In this document: positions 7,708 to 16,759 of the stretch, piece after piece
Numbering within the stretch: position 1 is the first letter of the stretch
Layout: the number at the start of each line of letters is the position of its first letter
DNA from: an uncultured Pseudomonadota bacterium
GTDB lineage: Bacteria > Myxococcota_A > UBA796 > GCA-2862545
Direction of reading: 5' to 3'
NCBI GenBank assembly: GCA_903861005.1
Contig: CAIOSP010000009.1
Location: forward strand, 28,692-60,691
DNA length: 32,000 nt
Made by a program: the position numbers and the translations under genes
Notes under the pieces: model-generated
Databases searched by the model: none
What the model saw: the letters and a program-made list of their open reading frames with translations, nothing else
Told to the model about the DNA's origin: nothing

Positions 7708-9188
7708 ACAAGCTCCTCCCCCTCGCGCTGGTATGGGCCACCGCGTGTATGTCCGAGACGTCCGCGACAGGCGACACCCCCGCGCTGGACGGCAGCGCCG
7801 ACACCGGCACCGCGTCGCGCCCCACGCCCACCTTCCGCATCTCGGTGGAGCCGGCTGAAGCCGGGACGCTCGAAAACCCCGTGCTCCCGGCGGTCTTCGG
7901 CCCGTTCCTGGCGGCGGACGGCCTAAGCCTGGAGCTGCGCCCGGCGGTCCATCTGACCGGGCACCTGCAGGGTGTTCGGACCACCTCATGGTCCAGCGCG
8001 CGCCTGCCGACGACGCTGGTCGATGTCGCGGCGGAGATCGCGCTGGAGGGCGCCACCGCCGGCGTTCACTGGCGCACCACCTCCAACGACGCAGGCCTGT
8101 ACGATCTCGCGGTCGCGCCCGACCTCTACCAGATCCGCATCACGCCCCACGACCCGCTCCTGCCCCCGTGGTCTGCGCCGGTGCCGATCGTGGACGCGCG
8201 TCGCCTGGACGTGGCGATGGACATGGGCCGCCCGCTGTGGGGCCGCCTGGTCGACGGCGACGGCGCGCCGGTCGGGAGCGCCAAGGTGGTGGCCTCGGAC
8301 GACACGGGCATGCAGACCGCCGCCGCGGTCAGCAACGCCGACGGCTGGTACGAGTTGCACGTCACCGACGGCATGTGGCGCGTGGTGGTCGAGCCGCCCG
8401 CCGGCCGCCGCCTGCCCAACCGCACCACGGGCTCTGTGGAGATCGGCGAGCCCGGCGCGCGCGTCGACACGTCGTGGGGGGTGCCCGAGCGCGCCACGCT
8501 CCGCGTCCACCTGACGGACGCAGGCGGCGCCTCGCTCACCCAAGCGACGGTCGCCGTGACCTCCGTGTCCGTGCAGGGCTACCCGCTCGGCTCGGCCTCC
8601 TTCTCGCTCACCGTCGCCACGGACAGCCAGGGCTTCATTGAGACCTCCGTCCCCGCGGGCGTGTACACGCTGGAGCTGCTGCCCGGCCAAGCCGACCGCT
8701 GGGCGCCGCTCAAGCTCGGCGATCTGGCCGTGGTCAACGAGCTGGACCTGGGCACAATCGGCGCGGACGGCTTCAACAACGCGTCTTGGACCACGCATGA
8801 CCTGGACGGCGCGCCGCTCCCAGGCGCGGTCGCGACCTGCACCGAGCTCGACGGCACGCACCGCCGCTGGTCCTTCGACGCCGATGAGAGCGGCGAGCTC
8901 TCGGTGACGCTGCCTAACACCGCGCTCGACTGCCTCGTCATGCCGCCCGGCGACCGTCCCGAGCTGGCCGCGCTGCGCTTGCAGGTGGACCACCCCGCCG
9001 ACGCGACCGACTTCGCGCTGGGCGTCGGAGATCGCGTGAGCGGGTCGGTGCAGCTGGTGAGCGATGGGCGACGCATCCCGTCCGCCTACGCGGTGGTGCG
9101 CGTACTCGCCGCCGACGACACGGTCCTGGCCCAGGGCGCGACCGACGCCGAAGGTCAGTTCACGCTCAGCGTCCCGCCCGCGCAGTAG
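7704..9188 (+). CDS. Probable lipoprotein with repeated carboxypeptidase-regulatory-like (CarboxypepD_reg) beta-sandwich domains, 494 aa
   Basis: The signal and lipobox read MNKLLPLALVWATAC. Repeated 'G.v.d.dG.Pv..A.V......t..td.dG.y.l.v..g.y.v' units occur, for example GRLVDGDGAPVGSAKVVASDDTGMQTAAAVSNADGWYELHVTDGMWRVVV and VRVLAADDTVLAQGATDAEGQFTLSVPP. Confidence 0.75.
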   Translation: MNKLLPLALVWATACMSETSATGDTPALDGSADTGTASRPTPTFRISVEPAEAGTLENPVLPAVFGPFLAADGLSLELRPAVHLTGHLQGVRTTSWSSARLPTTLVDVAAEIALEGATAGVHWRTTSNDAGLYDLAVAPDLYQIRITPHDPLLPPWSAPVPIVDARRLDVAMDMGRPLWGRLVDGDGAPVGSAKVVASDDTGMQTAAAVSNADGWYELHVTDGMWRVVVEPPAGRRLPNRTTGSVEIGEPGARVDTSWGVPERATLRVHLTDAGGASLTQATVAVTSVSVQGYPLGSASFSLTVATDSQGFIETSVPAGVYTLELLPGQADRWAPLKLGDLAVVNELDLGTIGADGFNNASWTTHDLDGAPLPGAVATCTELDGTHRRWSFDADESGELSVTLPNTALDCLVMPPGDRPELAALRLQVDHPADATDFALGVGDRVSGSVQLVSDGRRIPSAYAVVRVLAADDTVLAQGATDAEGQFTLSVPPAQ

Positions 9189-9249
9189 CGGTCGTTCGAG
9201 GGCGCATGCGGCGAGCGAACATCGGACCGGCTGATGCCGGGCTCGGCGC

Positions 9250-9852
9250 TCAGGTGGTGCGGACCGGCCCGACGTAGGCCACGCCTTCCACCGCGCCCTG
9301 ACCCGCGCGCTCGGCTTCGACGATGGCGGACTGGATGTCCGAAGCGATCACGACGGCCTGGCTGACCACGCCGCCCTTGCGGAGCGTGACGGTCCAGGCC
9401 TTGGAGCCGCTCTCCACCGATCCGATGACGGACGCGCGGGCGACGGCCGGGGGACGACCGGGGCCGCGAAAGCCGGGGATACCGTGGCGCGCACGGTAGC
9501 TGGCGACCGTGCGGACGCTGACGCCAGCGCGGTCCGCGAGCTCGGCGTCGGGGACGCTGCCCAGGGCCGAGGCGTGCCGAGCGATGAGCGCGTCCTTGCT
9601 GCCGGCGCGGGTGCCGGAGTCGTCCTGGGGCGCAGGGGCCGGCGAGACGTAGGGCTCCACCGACTCACCCAGCTCCGGGGGGAGGTCGTCGTCGGCCGAC
9701 ACGCCGCCGCCGCGGACCACGCCGGTGCGCTGCAGCGCCGCCACGATCTGACCGGGCTTTCCGCCGTAGCGGCGCGCCAACTCGGCGAGCGGGAGTTCAT
9801 CCAGCTTGCGAACAAGTTCCGACCAGTTGTCGCGTTGCTCAGGGTTCGCCAT
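9250..9852 (-). CDS. Hypothetical protein with two HTH-like segments and an unknown C-terminal domain
   Basis: This is ORF 9250..9861, with ATG 9852 (MANPEQ...) or GTG 9861 as start. Segments PLAELARRYGGKPGQIVAALQRTG and DAELADRAGVSVRTVASYRARHGIPG resemble HTH motifs. They are separated by an acidic Pro-rich linker. The C-terminal roughly 60 aa are unassigned. Confidence 0.55.
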   Translation of the reverse strand: MANPEQRDNWSELVRKLDELPLAELARRYGGKPGQIVAALQRTGVVRGGGVSADDDLPPELGESVEPYVSPAPAPQDDSGTRAGSKDALIARHASALGSVPDAELADRAGVSVRTVASYRARHGIPGFRGPGRPPAVARASVIGSVESGSKAWTVTLRKGGVVSQAVVIASDIQSAIVEAERAGQGAVEGVAYVGPVRTT

Positions 9853-9986
9853 CAGACCCACTCTCGTGCGCCTCGTCCATCACCGCCAATTGCGCGGCGC
9901 GCAAGCGCTTGCATGCAGACTCCTAGCCCATTTCCCTTCCGTCGGCGTCCGAGGGTGCTAGAGATCGGGCGACTTCGACGGAGCGC

Positions 9987-10796
9987 ATGACAAGCTGGCT
10001 GCTGTTCGTCCTGTGGGCTTCCATGGGCGCCGCGTGGGCGGATCCGGATGTGCCGGATCCAGCGCCGTCGTCTGCGTCGACGGATCCAGCCGACCAGCTC
10101 GAGGCCGCGCGCCGCACCTACTTGCTGGGTGACGCGGTCCGCGCACGTGCCACCCTGCAAGCGCTCGTCACGCGGGCGCAGGCGCAGCGTGACGTCCCTT
10201 GGCCTGTGGAGGCCGACGCCTGGATCTACCTGGCCGAGATCCAGTACCTGGACGGCGACCGCGACGCGGCCGGCGCCAGCTTTCGCGTGGTGCTGGAGCA
10301 CGATCCCGACTTCCGCATCAGCCCCTACGACCACCCGCTCGACGTGGTGGGCGCGTTTGAGCTGGTCCGCACGGCCGTCGGCGACGAGCGCAAGGCCGCG
10401 GCGAGCGTGCACGTCCCCATGCCGTGGTGGGGCTACGCCCCGTTCGGCGCGCCCCAGTTCCGCGCAGGCCACCCCGTACGCGGCGCGGTCTACGCCACGC
10501 TTCAGGTCGCCGCGGCGGGGGCGAGCGTTGGCGCGTGGGTCGAGATCCAGCACCAGGCCCGGATCGTCGCGCAGGGCGGCACGTCGGACCCAGAGGCCGC
10601 CGCCCAGGCCCAGGCCCGCGCCAAGCTCTACCGGGACGCGTGGTCGATCCCCGCGGCCACCCTGTTCTACGTGAGCTGGGGAGCCAGCGTCATCGACGCC
10701 GGAGTCTCGTGGAGAAAGGACCGTCTCGCCTCGCTCGGCGCCAGCGTCGCTCCACGCTCGGACGGCCTGGAATTCTCGATCGCGGGTCGATTCTGA
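9987..10796 (+). CDS. Hypothetical secreted/membrane protein with TPR-like N-terminal region and two C-terminal hydrophobic segments
   Basis: The signal peptide is MTSWLLFVLWASMGAAWA. A TPR-like stretch follows (AWIYLAEIQYLDGDRDAAGASFRVVLEHDPDF). Hydrophobic segments are GAVYATLQVAAAGASVGAWV and WSIPAATLFYVSWGASVI. Confidence 0.6.
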   Translation: MTSWLLFVLWASMGAAWADPDVPDPAPSSASTDPADQLEAARRTYLLGDAVRARATLQALVTRAQAQRDVPWPVEADAWIYLAEIQYLDGDRDAAGASFRVVLEHDPDFRISPYDHPLDVVGAFELVRTAVGDERKAAASVHVPMPWWGYAPFGAPQFRAGHPVRGAVYATLQVAAAGASVGAWVEIQHQARIVAQGGTSDPEAAAQAQARAKLYRDAWSIPAATLFYVSWGASVIDAGVSWRKDRLASLGASVAPRSDGLEFSIAGRF

Positions 10797-10839
10797 CGGC
10801 ATCCTCGCGCTCGCGTTATGCACCGCCGCGGGGGCGTTC

Positions 10840-12602
<1,763 letters not shown>

Positions 12603-12606
<4 letters not shown>

Positions 12607-13202
12607 AGACGTTCGGTCTGACAGGTGGAATTGGTACAGGCAAGTCGACCGTCGCGCAGCTGCTGCGTGAGCGTCACGGCGTGCCGATCCTCGACGCGGA
12701 TCAGGTGGCGCGTGAGGTCGTGGCCAAGGGAACCGACGGCCTCGCCGCCGTCGTGGACGCGTTCGGGCCTGAGATCCTCGACGCGGACGGCAACCTGAAC
12801 CGCGCGCGCATGCGCACGATCGTGATGTCCGACACGTCCGCGCGGCGTCGCCTGGAGGCGATCACCCACCCGCGCATCTTCGAGTCGATCGGCGCATGGG
12901 TCGCGCGCCAAGCGTCCGCCCAGACTCGCTTGGTCGGCATCGAGGCGGCGCTCATGGTGGAGACCGGGTCGTGGCGGATGCAGGACGCCCTGGTCGTGGT
13001 CAGCGCGTCGCCCGACGTGCAGGTCGCGCGTGTGATGGCACGCGACGGCGTGAGCGAAGAGGCCGCCCGCGCGGTGCTCGGCGCGCAGCTGCCGATGGCT
13101 GACAAGGAGCGCGTCGCCACCTACGTGGTGCGCAACGAGGGCTCGCTCGACGAACTGACGGCCGCCGCGGACGACGTGTGGCGCAAGCTCATGCCGACCT
13201 AG
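12603..13202 (+). CDS. coaE: Dephospho-CoA kinase
   Basis: The sequence (M)KTFGLTGGIGTGKSTVAQLL...PILDADQVAREVV...LEAITHPRI is the CoaE P-loop with family motifs. GTG 12603 overlaps the EBP stop as GTGA. Confidence 0.9.
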
Positions 13203-13233
13203 GGGCAGGCCCCAGGCCGACACAGCGCGCCCT

Positions 13234-13500
13234 TCACGGACGCGGGAGCTTGTCGGACGCGGGGGCGCGGGTCTGCATGCGCTCGAGCATGTCGGCCGAC
13301 AGGTTCCAAGGGTTGCTGCCCCAGCCGTCATCCTCGGTCGCGGGCGCGCTGACGCGCGGGGCGATGACCGCCAGCGGCGCGGGCGCAGGCTCAAGCGCGG
13401 GGGCGGGCTCCGCCGCGGGCGCCGGGGTGGGTTCGTCGCCGGCCAAGGCCTGTGCGGAGAGGGTCAGGCCGATCAGGGCGGCCAAGGTGGAGAGCTTCAT
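13234..13500 (-). CDS. Hypothetical small secreted Pro/Ala-rich protein (88 aa)
   Basis: ATG 13500 gives the signal peptide MKLSTLAALIGLTLSAQALA. This is followed by EPTPAPAAEPAPALEPAPAP and the C-terminal DDGWGSNPWNLSADMLERM. It lies within track ORF 13234..13611. Confidence 0.55.
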   Translation of the reverse strand: MKLSTLAALIGLTLSAQALAGDEPTPAPAAEPAPALEPAPAPLAVIAPRVSAPATEDDGWGSNPWNLSADMLERMQTRAPASDKLPRP

Positions 13501-13638
13501 GGTGGCCTCGGTGTGTGGCGCGGGAGGCGCCGTGAACATGAGTTCGTTCGGATGGGCCCCATGTTGGAGGGCGTGTTTGCAGTTCGATGCACAAGGCCGG
13601 CGCGGCACCACCCTTCCAGCCGCGAGATAGGGCTCCGA

Positions 13639-14385
13639 ATGTGCGTGATCTTCCTCGCATGGCAGCCCGGCCCCGCGCGTCGCCTCGTCGTCGCCGCGAA
13701 CCGGGACGAATTCCGCGCACGGGCGTCGGCGCCGCTAGGCCCGTGGCCCGAGCGCGCGGACGTGATCGGCGGACGTGATCGGGTCGAGCACGGCTCCTGG
13801 CTGGCGGTCCGGCCCGATGGGCGCTTCGCGGCGGTCACCAACTTCCGTCGACCCCCGCTGACCCAAGGCGCGCGCTCGCGCGGAGCGCTCGTCCGCGACG
13901 CGATCCTGTCCGACGACCCGCTCGACGCGATCGTCGCGCGCGTGTGGGCCGATCGCGACGCCTACGGCGGCTTCCACCTGCTGCTCGGCGACGGCGAACG
14001 GATGGTGCACCTGTCGAACCGGGAGGCCGCAATCCGCGAACTGAAGCCCGGCGTCCATGCGGTGTCGAACGGGCCCATCGACCAGCGATGGCCCAAGATG
14101 CGCCGCGGCGACGACACGCTCGCCCGCGCGCTCGACGCCGATCGCGTCGACGAGGACGCCCTCTTCGCCCTGCTCTCCGATCGCACGCCCGCCCCCGACG
14201 ACGCGCTCCCGGACACCGGCGTGGGCATCGACCTGGAGCGGATGCTCTCGCCCGTGTTCATCGAGGGGGAGGCCTACGGCACACGCGCGAGCACGGTGCT
14301 CACGCTGGGGCCGTCCAGCCTGCGCGTACGCGAGCGGCGGTTTGGGGCGGCGGGCCTGGAGGGAGAGACGGTGATCGAGCGCTGA
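13639..14385 (+). CDS. NRDE (TANGO2-like) family protein, 248 aa
   Basis: The protein starts MCVIFLAW...LVVAANRDEF, with Cys2 and the NRDE motif diagnostic of the family. ATG 13639 lies within track ORF 13513..14385. Confidence 0.85.
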   Translation: MCVIFLAWQPGPARRLVVAANRDEFRARASAPLGPWPERADVIGGRDRVEHGSWLAVRPDGRFAAVTNFRRPPLTQGARSRGALVRDAILSDDPLDAIVARVWADRDAYGGFHLLLGDGERMVHLSNREAAIRELKPGVHAVSNGPIDQRWPKMRRGDDTLARALDADRVDEDALFALLSDRTPAPDDALPDTGVGIDLERMLSPVFIEGEAYGTRASTVLTLGPSSLRVRERRFGAAGLEGETVIER

Positions 14386-14498
14386 CACCCGAACGGCTCG
14401 GCGCTGTCGATCCCTCCGCGCGCGCCGGGCGCCAACCGACTCCGGGATCGACTTCGACGTGGAGCGCGCTACGCAGGACGCGCGACCTGGAGCCCTGA

Positions 14499-15374
14499 AT
14501 GCGCCTCGCCCTCACGCTGCTCGCTTGCCTGCTGGCCTCGCCCGCCGCCCACGCGTGGGGCGACGACGGCCACCGGATCGTGGGTCAGATCGCGTGGGAC
14601 TCGCTCACGCCGACCGCGCGCGAGGCGGTCTCCGCCCTGCTCCCACCCGGCGACTTCGACACCCTCGCGGACGCGGCCACCTGGGCTGACGTGTACGCGC
14701 GCACCGACCCCGCCTACGCCTGGGCTAACCCGCGCCACTACGTGGGCACCGCGCCCCGCAGCGAACACGTCACCGCCACAGACGCGAACTGCGCGGACGA
14801 CGGCGCGCACGGCCCCGCCTGCGTCGTCGGCGCCATCGGGCACTTCGCAGCGCGCCTGAACGACCCCGCACTCAGCCACGACGACCACGTTGAGGCGCTG
14901 CGCTTCCTGGCCCACTTCGTCGGCGATCTGCACATGCCGCTCCACACCTTCCACCTGGACGGACGCGGCGGCACGCTCACCCCGGTGACCTACCGGCACG
15001 GCGATCCCAAGTCGATCCACCTGGTGTGGGACGTCGACCTCATCGCCACACAGCTCGCCGCGCTGCCCGGCGCCGGGCCGACCTGGACCGATCTGGCGGC
15101 GCGCCTGGAGGTCGATCTGGAGGTTCGTGGGCAATCAACCGACGCGTGGCGGCCGGACCTGCAGGGCAGCGATCTGCGCGGCGCGGTGACCGCCGCGGCG
15201 CTCGGCTGGGCGGACGAGTCCTACGCGCTCGCGGGTCGCGACGACCTGTTCGGGTTCGGCGGAGACGCGGCGCTACCGCGCCGCTATGACCGCCTGACCC
15301 GACCGTTCGTCGACGTGCGGCTGCAGCAGGCTGGCGTGCGCCTCGCGGCGATCCTCAACACGATCTTCCGGTAG
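14499..15374 (+). CDS. Secreted S1/P1-type zinc nuclease
   Basis: The signal peptide MRLALTLLACLLASPAAHA is followed by a mature N-terminus WGDDGH. Other family motifs are AATWADVY and HFVGDLHMPLH (the HxxGDxHxPLH metal ligands). Confidence 0.88.
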   Translation: MRLALTLLACLLASPAAHAWGDDGHRIVGQIAWDSLTPTAREAVSALLPPGDFDTLADAATWADVYARTDPAYAWANPRHYVGTAPRSEHVTATDANCADDGAHGPACVVGAIGHFAARLNDPALSHDDHVEALRFLAHFVGDLHMPLHTFHLDGRGGTLTPVTYRHGDPKSIHLVWDVDLIATQLAALPGAGPTWTDLAARLEVDLEVRGQSTDAWRPDLQGSDLRGAVTAAALGWADESYALAGRDDLFGFGGDAALPRRYDRLTRPFVDVRLQQAGVRLAAILNTIFR

Positions 15375-15400
15375 ACCAGGACGACCGCGCGGGGTGACGC

Positions 15401-15419
15401 GGCGCCCACGCGGGGCGCC
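15401..15419. terminator. GC-rich hairpin between convergent genes (possible bidirectional terminator; no U-tract)
   Basis: The hairpin is GGCGCCC-acgcg-GGGCGCC, with a 7-bp stem. It sits between the nuclease stop (15374) and the apt stop (15434). Confidence 0.3.
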
Positions 15420-15433
15420 ACGGCGGGTGCAGT

Positions 15434-15961
15434 CTAGTAGTGCAGCAGGCTCAGCACGGGCACATCGAGGACCTTGCGGCCCTCCAGGAAGTCGAGTTCG
15501 ACCAGGAAGCAGCAGGCGATCACCTCGCCGCCGAGCTTGCGGACCAGCTTCACGGTGGCCGCCGCGGTGCCGCCGGTGGCGAGCAGATCGTCGACGATCA
15601 GGACCTTGCTGCCCTTCTTGATGCCATCGACGTGGATCTCGAGCGACGCGGAGCCGTACTCCAGATCGTAGGAGACGCGCTCGGTGAGGCCCGGGAGCTT
15701 GCCCGGCTTGCGCGCAGGGACAAAGCCTGCCTGGAGCTGCAGCGCGACGGGCGCGCCGAAGATGAAGCCGCGAGACTCCATGCCCACGACGTAGTCGACC
15801 TGCTGGCCGGCGAACTCGCCGGCGACCCAGGTGATCACGTCCTGGAACAGGCGCGGGTTGGCGAGCACCGGCGTGATGTCCTTGAACAGGATGCCGGGCT
15901 TGGGGAAGTCCTGCACGTCGCGGATGGTGGTGGTCAGCGCGTTGATCAAGGCCTGCGTCAT
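15434..15961 (-). CDS. apt: Adenine phosphoribosyltransferase
   Basis: The sequence is MTQALINALTTTIRDVQDFPKPGILFKDITPVLANP...GMESRGFIFG...VLIVDDLLATGGTA (PRPP-binding motif). ATG 15961 has a GAGG SD 6 nt upstream and lies 8 nt after the surE stop. Confidence 0.95.
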   Translation of the reverse strand: MTQALINALTTTIRDVQDFPKPGILFKDITPVLANPRLFQDVITWVAGEFAGQQVDYVVGMESRGFIFGAPVALQLQAGFVPARKPGKLPGLTERVSYDLEYGSASLEIHVDGIKKGSKVLIVDDLLATGGTAAATVKLVRKLGGEVIACCFLVELDFLEGRKVLDVPVLSLLHY

Positions 15962-15969
15962 GGGGACCT

Positions 15970-16737
15970 CTACGATTCGGGGGAGAGCCGGGCGCGCAGC
16001 GGCGCCAGGAAGGAGGTGAGCGTGGGATCCGAGTGCAGCGGGGTCACGGTGGCCCAGCCCGCCTCGCACAGCGGGCCGTCTGAGTCGGGGATGGCGTCGA
16101 ACGCGCGGTGCGCGCCGCCGATCCAGTAATAGTCGCGGCCCCACGGGTCTTCCCGGCGGGTGACGCGGTTCTCGTAGTGCCGGTGCCCGAGCGTCGTGAC
16201 GCGAACACCGCGCAGCGCGTCGAGGGGCACGTTCGGCACGTTCACGTTGAGCAGGGTGCGCTGCGGCAGGCCGCCGTCGAGCACGACCGGGATCACGCGC
16301 CGGGCCACGTCGGTCGCCGTCTCCCAGTGGCAGACGGTGTCCGCGCTCGGGTCCAGGTGCAGGCTGAACGCCACCGCCGGCAACCCGGTGAAAGACGCCT
16401 CGCGGGCGGCCGCCACGGTGCCCGAGTAGTGCACGTCATTGCCCAGGTTGCTCCCCCGGTTGACGCCGGACAGCACAAGGTCAGGCGGTCCGTCCATCAG
16501 GCCGTGGATACCCAGGTAGATGCAGTCCGCCGGGGTGCCGTTGACCTGAAAGCGACGGTCGCCGCGCTTGCGGGCGCGCAGGGGCGACTGGAGCGTCAGG
16601 CTGTGGCTCTGCGCGGACTGCTCGCGCTCCGGCGCCACGATCCACACGGTCCCAAAAGCCTCTGCCGCCTGCGCGAGCGCGTGCAGACCGGGTGAATCGA
16701 ACCCGTCATCGTTCGACACGAGGATGCGCAAGAGCAC
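15970..16737 (-). CDS. surE: 5'/3'-nucleotidase SurE
   Basis: The sequence is (V)LLRILVSNDDGFDSPGLHALA...SGVNRGSNLGNDVHYSGTVAAAREA. There is no in-frame ATG, so the start is GTG 16737 (or TTG 16731). The rest of track ORF 15970..17028 is a 5' extension. Confidence 0.9.
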   Translation of the reverse strand: MLLRILVSNDDGFDSPGLHALAQAAEAFGTVWIVAPEREQSAQSHSLTLQSPLRARKRGDRRFQVNGTPADCIYLGIHGLMDGPPDLVLSGVNRGSNLGNDVHYSGTVAAAREASFTGLPAVAFSLHLDPSADTVCHWETATDVARRVIPVVLDGGLPQRTLLNVNVPNVPLDALRGVRVTTLGHRHYENRVTRREDPWGRDYYWIGGAHRAFDAIPDSDGPLCEAGWATVTPLHSDPTLTSFLAPLRARLSPES

Positions 16738-16759
16738 TCCGAGCCCGCTTTGTAACACA

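Noticed and set aside
9189-9249. Weak hairpins (GTTCG...CGAAC and CCGGC-tgat-GCCGG) between convergent genes as terminators.
   Set aside because: The stems are only 5 bp, there is no U-tract, and they are indistinguishable from chance in GC-rich DNA.
13603-13618. CGGCACcacccTTCCA upstream of the NRDE gene as a sigma-54 promoter.
   Set aside because: The -24 element lacks the T, and the -12 element reads CC instead of GC. It also lies only about 20 nt from the start codon. The match is too weak.
14488-14502. TGGAGCcctgaATGC with correct GG/GC spacing upstream of the nuclease gene.
   Set aside because: The putative -12 element includes the ATG start codon itself, so it cannot drive this gene. 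The -24 half deviates from TGGCAC.
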